A stretch of DNA of 61,770 nucleotides, the filler included. It is 8 parts of 8 records of this genome, joined end to end, with 100 filler letters (N's around TTAATTAATTAA, not from the genome) between each part and the next. Parts side by side here need not be neighbours in the genome. Positions count along the whole stretch, not along the records: positions 1 to 8,226 come from SRR31147125_2993; 7 more parts are not named here. One strand, written 5' to 3'. A program made the translations under genes and the position numbers. The notes under the pieces were generated by a model. That model ran no database searches, was not told the DNA's origin, and saw nothing but the letters and a program-made list of their open reading frames with translations. Below are positions 1 to 8,326 of the stretch, in pieces (position 1 is the stretch's first letter; each line of letters opens with the position of its first letter).

Positions 1-1
1 A

Positions 2-577
2 AATCCAGTTGTCGAGCAACAACTGGGAACAACATTATATCAGTTCCCGTATGTAACTCCATATTCTAAGACACACACGGGCTACTATTGTACACCTGAG
101 ATGGAAGATAATGTGATTGTTTATTTTCCAAATGAAATAGAGAATACAGCCTATATAATTGGTTGTGTAAATAATGTTGGGAATATTAGGTTTAGCGATA
201 GATATAATAGAAACTTTATAGTACCTGGCGACTCTGAAGGAGCAGATCCACATTATAATTTAGTGATTCAAAATGGAGATATTGTTGAGAATAAAACTAA
301 TCATAGTATGATGTTAAAAAATGATTTCCTTTTAGAAGGAACAAATAATTTCAAAGTTGCAAGTGGGGCAAATATTGTTATAGAATCAACTGCTGATATG
401 CAGATGACATCTGGAAGCAATATACAAATTAAAGCTGAGAGTAACTTTGAGGCAGAGGGAAGCGATGCAGTTAACCTAAAAGGTAAAGAGTTTGTGGCAG
501 AAGGAGATTCAGCTGCAAGTATAAAAGCTGGTTCAGATTTAAGTTTAAGCGGAAGCAAAGTAAATATAGGTGGATAA
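2..577 (+). CDS. VgrG/gp5-like spike protein, C-terminal part (5' truncated at window edge)
   Basis: The frame is open from nt 2, upstream of the listed ATG at 101. It reads QFPYVTPYSKTHTGYYCTPEMEDNVIVYFPNEIENTAYIIGCV, resembling the gp5/VgrG OB-fold motif (G.y.lPEvGDeVvV.F), followed by ~8-residue beta-helix repeats ending LSGSKVNIGG. Confidence 0.8.
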   Translation, partial: NPVVEQQLGTTLYQFPYVTPYSKTHTGYYCTPEMEDNVIVYFPNEIENTAYIIGCVNNVGNIRFSDRYNRNFIVPGDSEGADPHYNLVIQNGDIVENKTNHSMMLKNDFLLEGTNNFKVASGANIVIESTADMQMTSGSNIQIKAESNFEAEGSDAVNLKGKEFVAEGDSAASIKAGSDLSLSGSKVNIGG

Positions 578-586
578 GAGTATAGT

Positions 587-892
587 ATGGAAAGATTAAT
601 TAGAGAATTAGAGGATAAAGCAGAAGGGATAGTACGAGGTTCGAAAAAGCTAAAGTTACGAAAGCTAATAACGAGAAGCATGTATTATTTTGTGGTTCAG
701 GTTGCTAGGAAGGTAAAGTATCTAGAAGCTATAATTGGTGAAACATTTAAAGAGGAAAAAGGAGATTTTTTTATTTTTACATTTCTCATGCCAAAATCAG
801 AACTACCTGTGTATGAGCAAGATTTTCAACCTGTAATAAAACCAAAAAGGAAAAAAGAAAACTACTTTAATTTGGAAAAAAAAGTAATTTGA
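587..892 (+). CDS. N-terminal part of a ~420-aa conserved protein of the VgrG-associated cluster (frameshifted at A8, 876-883)
   Basis: Starts 9 nt after the spike gene. Adding one A to the A8 run joins it in frame to 889..1848 (LEKKSNLILDHVP). From memory it resembles the N-terminus of proteins auto-annotated 'normocyte-binding protein' in Firmicutes VgrG clusters. Confidence 0.6.
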   Translation: MERLIRELEDKAEGIVRGSKKLKLRKLITRSMYYFVVQVARKVKYLEAIIGETFKEEKGDFFIFTFLMPKSELPVYEQDFQPVIKPKRKKENYFNLEKKVI

Positions 893-1848
893 TATTGGAT
901 CACGTTCCAATAACCGGTATGAATTCGAATGAACTAGAGGGCAGAAGATTTAACGGCTTATACACTTTTGAAGAAAAAAAGTATAAATTTGAGATAGAGC
1001 TCCAAAAAAATCATGAGTATATGAAAAAAGTGAGTGAACTCTATAATGTATTTAGAAAAAATAAAAAAAACTGGAGAGGTTTTCCCAGTTATTATTTTGA
1101 AAATATTTATGATATGAAAGTTGTAAGAGTCGAACAAGGAGATGAAGTTGAAAATGCTGGTTTTATTTTTTATGAGAAATATTCCATTGATTTTGAAGAA
1201 ATTCAAAAAAATGTTCACATAGATTGTATTCCAGTTTGGAATGTTTTTTCTGACAAAAGAAATGAACCTTCTCGAGTTAGACCGGTAAAAAATAGATATT
1301 TGTATGAATATAATTTTGGTAAACATACTGAAAACAACACTTTAATTAAAACTTCTTCTGAAATATTATCTGTTTTTAGAGATGACGCTAAAAATTTAAT
1401 GGCTTATTTTGATAAAGAAACTATTTGGACAGTGGAAACACTATATCTCAAACAGAATATTGATGAAAAAAAATATATTCAAGAGAAATCTCAAGTATTA
1501 AGTACGAAAATATTATATTTTGGTGAAAATCAAAAAAGAAATTTTAATGATATGAGGTTAGTCGAAAAATTTGAGTTGAAAAAATATTTAAACAGATTTA
1601 ATTCTTTAAAAGAACTTAGTCTCGAAGAGATGAACTTTGTTGAGGCGTTTGATTCGAATAGTTTAGAAGCAAAAGTTGATTACATTGAAAATGAATTTGA
1701 TTTAATGAAGAGTCGGAAAAAAATGGAACTTTCATTTTCTTGCAAAAATATTAATCATGCAAATGAACTAATCCATTTTGCGGTAGATGTTGTATCTGTT
1801 TTCTTTCCCGAATATATGGTTAGGGGAAGACTTTTGCATAATATGTAG
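889..1848 (+). CDS. C-terminal part of the same protein; putative baseplate (TssF/gp6-like) component
   Basis: Its frame opens only at 871, the TTG start has no clear RBS, and it has CIPVWNV and a terminal FFPEYMVRGRL like the family recalled above. The baseplate role is inferred from operon position. Confidence 0.55.
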   Translation: MILDHVPITGMNSNELEGRRFNGLYTFEEKKYKFEIELQKNHEYMKKVSELYNVFRKNKKNWRGFPSYYFENIYDMKVVRVEQGDEVENAGFIFYEKYSIDFEEIQKNVHIDCIPVWNVFSDKRNEPSRVRPVKNRYLYEYNFGKHTENNTLIKTSSEILSVFRDDAKNLMAYFDKETIWTVETLYLKQNIDEKKYIQEKSQVLSTKILYFGENQKRNFNDMRLVEKFELKKYLNRFNSLKELSLEEMNFVEAFDSNSLEAKVDYIENEFDLMKSRKKMELSFSCKNINHANELIHFAVDVVSVFFPEYMVRGRLLHNM

Positions 1849-1961
1849 TTATATATACAAATAATTTTTGACTAGGTTAAATTACTGAATCAAAACATTT
1901 GAAATAATTATTTAACAAATTTTAGACTTTATAAACGCTTTAAAAGATTAGGGAGAAAATA

Positions 1962-2681
1962 ATGTTCAAAAAAACTTATAGTTATATTTGGAGTGTTCTG
2001 ATTAGAGCTAAAGAAGACGGCAAAGGTGTAGAGGAGATAAAGTTTAAGGCAAGTAAAAAAATATCTCCTTATTCGGAATTAAATGTGGGATATCTTGATT
2101 TTGAGGATATGAAAAGAGTGAATCAGAAATATGAAATTGATGTAAATCCATATATCAGATTTGCTGGTCCATTTACAGAGTTATTAAATATAAATTATAA
2201 AAAATCAATTAAACTTAGAGAAAGTTTGGCAAATGTTTTTTTTCATATTATGGCAAATTTAGATATGATGGAAGGTCAGAGTAAGAGAGAATATCACATT
2301 GAGTTTATAATATTAGATCTGCAAAATAAAAAATTTGGACAAGAGATAAAAACATTATTTAATTTATTTAATGAAAATGAACAACGGAATATTGCAGAGG
2401 TAATGCATGATTTATATACCTTTGAAAATAGAGTAGAAGCGTATAAGAAGGCTTTGAAAAAAATATTTAATGCTTCAATTTTATATAATAACAATTTCTC
2501 AAAGAATGAAGTTGTTGTATATTTAAGTAATAAAGATACTAAAGAAAACAGGCAGAAGTTGAGGTGCCTAGATATGTTATTCCTTCCACTGGGATTAAAA
2601 ACAAGGGTGTTTTGGGAGTATCATTTTGGAATATTAGGTATACCTGCTACAACGAAAATTGGAAAAATTGCAATTTATTAA
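1962..2681 (+). CDS. Conserved protein of VgrG-associated cluster; putative baseplate wedge (TssG/gp48-like) subunit
   Basis: RBS GGGAG upstream. It has EIDVNPYIRF and C-terminal LFLPLG...WEYHFGILG...TKIGKIAIY, recalled from proteins misannotated 'iron-dependent peroxidase'. I recognise no peroxidase motif. Confidence 0.6.
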   Translation: MFKKTYSYIWSVLIRAKEDGKGVEEIKFKASKKISPYSELNVGYLDFEDMKRVNQKYEIDVNPYIRFAGPFTELLNINYKKSIKLRESLANVFFHIMANLDMMEGQSKREYHIEFIILDLQNKKFGQEIKTLFNLFNENEQRNIAEVMHDLYTFENRVEAYKKALKKIFNASILYNNNFSKNEVVVYLSNKDTKENRQKLRCLDMLFLPLGLKTRVFWEYHFGILGIPATTKIGKIAIY

Positions 2682-2702
2682 ATATAGGAAAGAGGGATTA
2701 TT

Positions 2703-5291
2703 GTGGAAAAAAGGTTTTACTCATATGAAGATTTGAAACACAAATCTCAATATGACCTTTACCAAATCTGTAAAAACGAAAGATTAGTTGAAGGAGTTTT
2801 AGTAGGGAAAATAAATAAAAATGAATTGATAAATCTTATTTTAAAATATAGAGGGGAAAAACCAAAATATACAATTGATGATATAAATGAGTTTGGACTT
2901 GCATATATACAGGAGCTTTTGGATAGAAGGCTAAATGCTAGATTACACGATAATGGTCAAATAAAAATACCTAATAAAATCAATATCTACAAAGGTTTAA
3001 ACCTAAGAGCAGATGATAAGTATAGTGTGACACTACCTGATGGGTTAAATAATAGAAATGTGTTTTTAGTAAATGAAAATAATTATTTATGTGGGATATT
3101 TGGTTTAGAAAGAGATAGAAAACATAAGGATAAGTTCTTTTTAACAAGCAATAATGAGCAGTTTAGATTAGAGGGACTTCAAAATGAAAATTTCTCATTG
3201 ATATTCTTTAAAGAAGTTGATTCAAAATTTTTGTATGATTTCTATTATGGAAGAACAGAGAAATACCCACATCAATTAGACTATTTTAAGGCTAAAATTA
3301 ATCAACTGGAGATAAAGAATCTTGAGGATACAAGGACAGCTCTATGTATAGACTTTGGGAGTACAAACACAGTTGCAGGTGCTTTTATTGATCAGTTTTA
3401 TATCAATGATATACCTCAAAATGATGTACAGAACGGAAATATTAAACTTAACGAGATTAACTATGTGTATTTCCCAAAGCATGAGGATTCAGATGAGAAA
3501 ACCGAGATATATCCAACGATAATGTATATAGAGGAATGTTCAGGTGATAATGTAGAGTATCTATTTGGACATGAGGTAAATAATAAACTAAAAGAAAAGA
3601 ACTATATATTAAATGGAACGATACTTTATAAGATTAAATCTTGGATACATGATTTAGATATTGATGAAAAGGTAGTAGATAGTTATGGAAATATTAAGTT
3701 CATACCGCGAAAAGAGATTTTAAGAGAGTATTTTAACTATTTAGTGGAAAAGGCTAGATACCAATTTAAGTGTAATTTTAAAAACCTTCATATTATAACA
3801 CCGGTAAAACTTAAAGAGGAATACCTAAATCTATTTACCAGTATATTACCAGATTACAATATTTTGCAAAAGAACGTTCTAGATGAAGGTATTTCAGTTA
3901 TGTACAACACAATTGAAAAACATATGAGAAATAATCGTTTTGAAAATGGTGGAGAGTATAAGGCATTTATTATAGATTGTGGAGGTTCAACAACTGAACT
4001 TGCTACATGTAATTTTTCGATAACGAAATCTGAGATTTGCTATAACTTGAAGATTTCTACGAGTTTTGAAGATGGTGAAGAGAATTTTGGAGGTAATAAT
4101 ATTACCTATAGAATAATGCAGTATCTTAAAATAGCTCTTTCTCATCATTATTTGGGAAATAGAGATTTTTCCTTTGATGATTTGATTCCTTTTAGAGATG
4201 AGGAAATATATAGACACATTGATCAAAAAGGTATTGCCAGTGTGTATAAAGTTTTTGATAATGAATATAATAAATCAGAAGCAGTAATACCTACAAAATT
4301 TGGAGAGTTTGAAAATAAATCAAGTAGTGAGTATAAAAAAATTAAAAATAACTTTTTCTTTTTATGGGATATAGCGGAAAAACTAAAAGAGTTTTTCTTT
4401 TCAGAAGATAATATTCTACAGGTTAAATTTGACTATGCAGATACTCCTGCAGGGGCTAATATGTCTATACTGCCTATGCCAACTTGGAAACTACATACTT
4501 TGGAAAATGGACTTTTTAAAATTATGGATACTTTTCCTTCAAAAGTGTTTAATGCTTTTGAGCTTAGAAAGTTGATAAAGGGAGATATCTATGAAGTTAT
4601 AAGGAAATTTATGCAACCATATTTTGAAACTGATGAAATATTTGATTATTCTATAATAAAACTTAGCGGGCAGAGTTGTAAGATACCTCTATTTAATGAA
4701 GTATTAAAGGAGTTTGTTCCAGGTAAGTTTATTGATTTTAAAGTAAAAAATAATTCTAACCCATATGAATTAAAACTTAGTTCAATTAACGGAGCCATAA
4801 ATTATCTGAATTCAGCGAGGTTTGGTGATATTAGAGTTGAAATGGTGAATGAAGTTTCAACAATACCAGTATCTGTACGAAGTACGAAGTATACTGGAGA
4901 AGAGGTGTCGGTACTTGAGGTAGGAACAGACATGGATAAAAATATTGGTTATGTTTCTAAAGGTAGTAATGCGATGGAAGTGAATTTTAAGCTATACAGT
5001 TCAGAGAATGAAATGAAGAGAGAGTACCTTTATACGAATACTCTAGATCAATATAGGAATATGACTGCTGAACAAATAGTGAATGAATTTAAGCATAAAA
5101 TAAGTCAAAGGGACTTAGATACAATAGAAAACTTTACAAGTAAATTTTTCGTTTATACAAATACATCTAGTTGGGGATTTTATGTATGTGCTGTAAAAAG
5201 GGAAGATGAAATACTGTATATTGGTGAAAACAAATATTTTCCATTTGATAATAAGAATAATATAATTTCGTTCTTTAATGGAAAACATTAA
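2703..5291 (+). CDS. Atypical Hsp70/actin-fold ATPase ('molecular chaperone' of VgrG-associated clusters), not DnaK
   Basis: Phosphate-1 CIDFGSTNTV, phosphate-2 IIDCGGSTT, FGGNNIT and adenosine-like LSGQSCKIP motifs. It has a ~210-aa N-terminal extension and no DnaK substrate-binding domain signature. Confidence 0.8.
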   Translation: MEKRFYSYEDLKHKSQYDLYQICKNERLVEGVLVGKINKNELINLILKYRGEKPKYTIDDINEFGLAYIQELLDRRLNARLHDNGQIKIPNKINIYKGLNLRADDKYSVTLPDGLNNRNVFLVNENNYLCGIFGLERDRKHKDKFFLTSNNEQFRLEGLQNENFSLIFFKEVDSKFLYDFYYGRTEKYPHQLDYFKAKINQLEIKNLEDTRTALCIDFGSTNTVAGAFIDQFYINDIPQNDVQNGNIKLNEINYVYFPKHEDSDEKTEIYPTIMYIEECSGDNVEYLFGHEVNNKLKEKNYILNGTILYKIKSWIHDLDIDEKVVDSYGNIKFIPRKEILREYFNYLVEKARYQFKCNFKNLHIITPVKLKEEYLNLFTSILPDYNILQKNVLDEGISVMYNTIEKHMRNNRFENGGEYKAFIIDCGGSTTELATCNFSITKSEICYNLKISTSFEDGEENFGGNNITYRIMQYLKIALSHHYLGNRDFSFDDLIPFRDEEIYRHIDQKGIASVYKVFDNEYNKSEAVIPTKFGEFENKSSSEYKKIKNNFFFLWDIAEKLKEFFFSEDNILQVKFDYADTPAGANMSILPMPTWKLHTLENGLFKIMDTFPSKVFNAFELRKLIKGDIYEVIRKFMQPYFETDEIFDYSIIKLSGQSCKIPLFNEVLKEFVPGKFIDFKVKNNSNPYELKLSSINGAINYLNSARFGDIRVEMVNEVSTIPVSVRSTKYTGEEVSVLEVGTDMDKNIGYVSKGSNAMEVNFKLYSSENEMKREYLYTNTLDQYRNMTAEQIVNEFKHKISQRDLDTIENFTSKFFVYTNTSSWGFYVCAVKREDEILYIGENKYFPFDNKNNIISFFNGKH

Positions 5292-5294
5292 TTC

Positions 5295-5334
5295 AAATTA
5301 CTCCCACATGCTATTTTCTAGTGGGAGTAATTTT
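5295..5334 (+). terminator. Rho-independent terminator ending the spike/ATPase operon
   Basis: AAATTACTCCCAC(5295-5307)/GTGGGAGTAATTT(5321-5333) inverted repeat right after the stop codon. Confidence 0.75.
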
Positions 5335-5401
5335 CATGTTGAAGAACGAAATAAAGTTGAATTTTTTTAGGGATTAGTTATTGAGAGTAGAAAGGGAAAA
5401 G

Positions 5402-5470
5402 ATGAAGGAACAGATTAATTTGGTAACTATGATAGTAATAGTTATATTTATAATTACATTTACCTCATAA
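5402..5470 (+). CDS. Possible 22-aa hydrophobic small peptide
   Basis: MKEQINLVTMIVIVIFIITFTS*, preceded by purine-rich AAAGGGAAAAG. Could be chance in AT-rich DNA. Confidence 0.25.
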   Translation: MKEQINLVTMIVIVIFIITFTS

Positions 5471-5627
5471 GGAAGTAAAACGAAAATAACTAGGAAAAAT
5501 AGGAGAAAAGGTAAGCTTAAACCTATGCCGTGCACACCGCGGACTGAAGGAAGTAGGTTATGGGTATAGTAAAGGAATTAAATGTTGTTATAGTCTTAAT
5601 GTAAAGGTTAAAAGAGAAAAAATAAAA

Positions 5628-5672
5628 TAGTCACAAAGTTTCCAGAGATTTTCTCTGTATTCTTTGTGACTA
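5628..5672 (-). terminator. Terminator-like hairpin downstream of lgt
   Basis: TAGTCACAAAG...CTTTGTGACTA with an inner CAGAGA/TCTCTG stem and A/T-rich flanks. Confidence 0.65.
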
Positions 5673-5683
5673 AAATTTTATTT

Positions 5684-6571
5684 TTAGTTGTTTGCTGTTG
5701 CTGAAGGTTCTTTATATATAAATTTCAGTGTAATCAGGGCACCGGCAATTAATATAATACTAATCAAATGAGGTGCTCTTAGTCCTCCTAACATCAAGTC
5801 CTCTGATCTAAAGAAACTTACAAAAGTTCTAATTACTGAATAAAAAATTAAATAAAAACAAGTTAATGTTCCAGCTTTAAGATTTTTCTTTTTAAGTATA
5901 AAGTATAGTATGAAAAAAGCAATAAAGTTAAGAATCATCTCATATAGCATTGCTGGATGTAATGCAAGGTTTGGAAACTCTGAACCTGCTGGTGAACTCT
6001 TAGGAAACACAACTCCCCAAGGTACTAATTCTCTAAATTCAGTTTGTTTTTGTAGAGGTAGTGTGTTATATGAAGCAAACCAGTTATAGAATTTGGGTTT
6101 CACTGAGAAGATAACACTAAGCGGTGTAAATGTAGGAACTCCATGTACCTCGCCGTTCATAAAGTTACCTATACGCCCTATTCCTTGTCCTAGAATAAAT
6201 AAAGGAGCAGCCAAATCTGTTAAAGTCCACAGTTTAATTTTATGTTTACTAGTATAGAATATAGACCAGATTATTCCGCCAAGAATAGCTCCGTGTATTG
6301 CCATCCCACCGTGCCAAACAGCAGGAATCTCAAGTGGCTTAGATAGATAATATTTCAGGTTAAATAGTACATAATAGAGTCTTCCACCTATTAACCCTGC
6401 AACAATTACACTAATTCCATAATTTTCAACTGTATTTTCATCAAGTCCAATCTCTTTGGCATCTTTTTTTGCTAAATATAGTGCCAGAAGAAATGAGAGA
6501 GCATACATTAATCCATAATACCTAAGTTCAATAGGACCAAGTTTAAATAATATTGGATTCAAATTCTTCAC
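5684..6571 (-). CDS. lgt: Prolipoprotein diacylglyceryl transferase
   Basis: GGRLYY, GGMAIHG, GRIGNFMNGE and HPAMLYE motifs. The VHGVPTFTP...KPKFY.W insertion is typical of Fusobacteriota Lgt as I recall it. Confidence 0.95.
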   Translation of the reverse strand: MKNLNPILFKLGPIELRYYGLMYALSFLLALYLAKKDAKEIGLDENTVENYGISVIVAGLIGGRLYYVLFNLKYYLSKPLEIPAVWHGGMAIHGAILGGIIWSIFYTSKHKIKLWTLTDLAAPLFILGQGIGRIGNFMNGEVHGVPTFTPLSVIFSVKPKFYNWFASYNTLPLQKQTEFRELVPWGVVFPKSSPAGSEFPNLALHPAMLYEMILNFIAFFILYFILKKKNLKAGTLTCFYLIFYSVIRTFVSFFRSEDLMLGGLRAPHLISIILIAGALITLKFIYKEPSATANN

Positions 6572-6779
6572 CTTCTTTAAAATTTTAAGTTTTATTTTGA
6601 TATTTTGAGTATTACATATTATAATTATATTGGTATTTTTTCACCACTAGACATAGTATAACATATTTATTTCAACTAAGAAATAGAGTAATTTGTATAG
6701 CTCTAGTTAACACAAAAAAATCGTTTATTTTTAAAAAGCTGAATTTAACTAGAATTATATCAAAAATGCCGAAAAATGC

Positions 6780-6821
6780 TTGTAAAGTATTAATAAAAAT
6801 GATATTATTACTAATATTATC
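6780..6821 (+). promoter_or_regulatory. Sigma70-type promoter of fprA with an overlapping imperfect inverted repeat
   Basis: TTGTAA(6780)-17 bp-TATTAT(6803) with a TGn extension. GATATTATT-ACT-AATATTATC (6801-6821) overlaps the -10. Confidence 0.4.
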
Positions 6822-6903
6822 AATTTTATTAAATAGCAAGATAATTAATAGATATATTTATATATGAATTTGGAAAATATTTGTAAAAGGAGGAGTGCAG
6901 AAA

Positions 6904-8106
6904 ATGCATAATGTAGTAAACATTACTGATAAAATTTATTGGATTGGTACAAATGATAGAAAGACTGACAGGTTTGAAAATATGTGGCCGCTTGATAAAG
7001 GAGTTTCATATAACTCATACCTAATTGTTGATGAGAAGGTAGCTGTTGTTGATACAGTTGAGTTTGGAACTCATGGTACTTATTTACAAAAAATTCAAGA
7101 AGTTTTAGGTGGTAAAGAAGTAGATTATATTATAATAAATCACATGGAACCAGATCACTCTGGTTCAATTGAAACGTTAATTCACAGATATCCAAATGCA
7201 AAATTAGTTGGGAACAACAAAACGCAAAAACTATTAAAAGGTTTTTATGGCATTGAGGATAACTTTCTTGAAATTAAAGAAGGAGATGAGCTTGATTTAG
7301 GTGATCATAAACTAACGTTCGCTATGATGCCAATGGTACACTGGCCAGAATCGATGGTAACTTATGATAAAACAGCTGGAGTACTTTTTTCAAATGACGC
7401 TCTTGGAAGTTTTGGGGCCTTAGATGGCGGAATATTTGACGATGAGTTAAATATCGAAGAGTATGAAGATGAAATGATTAGATATTACTCAAATATCGTA
7501 GGAAAATACGGTGTTCAGGTTCAAATGATTCTTAAAAAGCTTGCGAATATTGATGTGAAATTTGTAGCACCTTCACATGGTCCTATCTGGAGAAGCCATA
7601 TTGATACAGTAATAGGAATGTATGATAAGCTAAGTAAATCTGAACCTCATGCAGAGGGAGTAGTTGTTGTATACGGAACTATGTATGGAAACACAGCTAA
7701 ATCTGCGAATGTAATTGCTAGAAAATTAGCTGAAGAGGGAATCAAAAATATAAAAGTTTATGATGCTTCAAAAACTCACATGTCTTATATTCTTAGAGAT
7801 ATCTGGAAATATAAGGGGCTAGTTATTGGTTCTTGCGCATATAATACAAGCTGCTATCCTAAGATTGAGACTCTGTTAGCTGAACTTGAATTGTACGGAT
7901 TAAAGAATAGATATGTAGGAGCATTCGGAACATACGCATGGAGCGGTGGAGGAATGAAGAAAATTAAAGAGTTCGCTGAAAAAATGAGAGGACTTGAATT
8001 AGTTGGAGAACCAGTTGATATATATTGTTCACCTACAGCAGATGATTATACTAAAGTTGAAGCGATTGCCGTTGATTTAGCAGCAAAACTTAAAGCTGAA
8101 AGATAA
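6904..8106 (+). CDS. fprA: Flavodiiron protein (A-type flavoprotein, O2/NO reductase)
   Basis: Metallo-beta-lactamase HMEPDHSG, HWPE and PSHG motifs plus a flavodoxin TMYGNT loop. ATG 6904 fits the AAGGAGG RBS better than GTG 6895. Confidence 0.93.
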   Translation: MHNVVNITDKIYWIGTNDRKTDRFENMWPLDKGVSYNSYLIVDEKVAVVDTVEFGTHGTYLQKIQEVLGGKEVDYIIINHMEPDHSGSIETLIHRYPNAKLVGNNKTQKLLKGFYGIEDNFLEIKEGDELDLGDHKLTFAMMPMVHWPESMVTYDKTAGVLFSNDALGSFGALDGGIFDDELNIEEYEDEMIRYYSNIVGKYGVQVQMILKKLANIDVKFVAPSHGPIWRSHIDTVIGMYDKLSKSEPHAEGVVVVYGTMYGNTAKSANVIARKLAEEGIKNIKVYDASKTHMSYILRDIWKYKGLVIGSCAYNTSCYPKIETLLAELELYGLKNRYVGAFGTYAWSGGGMKKIKEFAEKMRGLELVGEPVDIYCSPTADDYTKVEAIAVDLAAKLKAER

Positions 8107-8117
8107 TAAAATAGTTT

Positions 8118-8155
8118 AATTGGCAGATAGATGATAGATCTATCTGCCAATTTTT
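8118..8155 (+). terminator. Rho-independent terminator of fprA
   Basis: 15-bp perfect stem AATTGGCAGATAGAT/ATCTATCTGCCAATT followed by Ts. Confidence 0.85.
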
Positions 8156-8226
8156 ATTGATATCATAATAAAGTGTAGAATTTTTAACCATTTATATGAG
8201 TGAAAATAAGGTTCATATTTACACAC

Positions 8227-8326
8227 NNNNNNNNNNNNNNNNNNNNNNNNNNNNNNNNNNNNNNNNNNNNTTAATTAATTAANNNNNNNNNNNNNNNNNN
8301 NNNNNNNNNNNNNNNNNNNNNNNNNN
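8227..8326. other. Artificial contig spacer
   Basis: N44-TTAATTAATTAA-N44, with stops in all six frames. Confidence 0.98.

Noticed and set aside
2703-5291. Calling this gene dnaK
   Set aside because: It is too divergent, has a long N-terminal extension, lacks the substrate-binding domain signature and has no grpE/dnaJ/hrcA context.
2-5291. Ordinary prophage tail module
   Set aside because: No capsid, terminase, tail-fibre, lysis or integrase gene follows, and the operon ends in an ATPase and a terminator. It cannot be fully excluded because the upstream part is missing.
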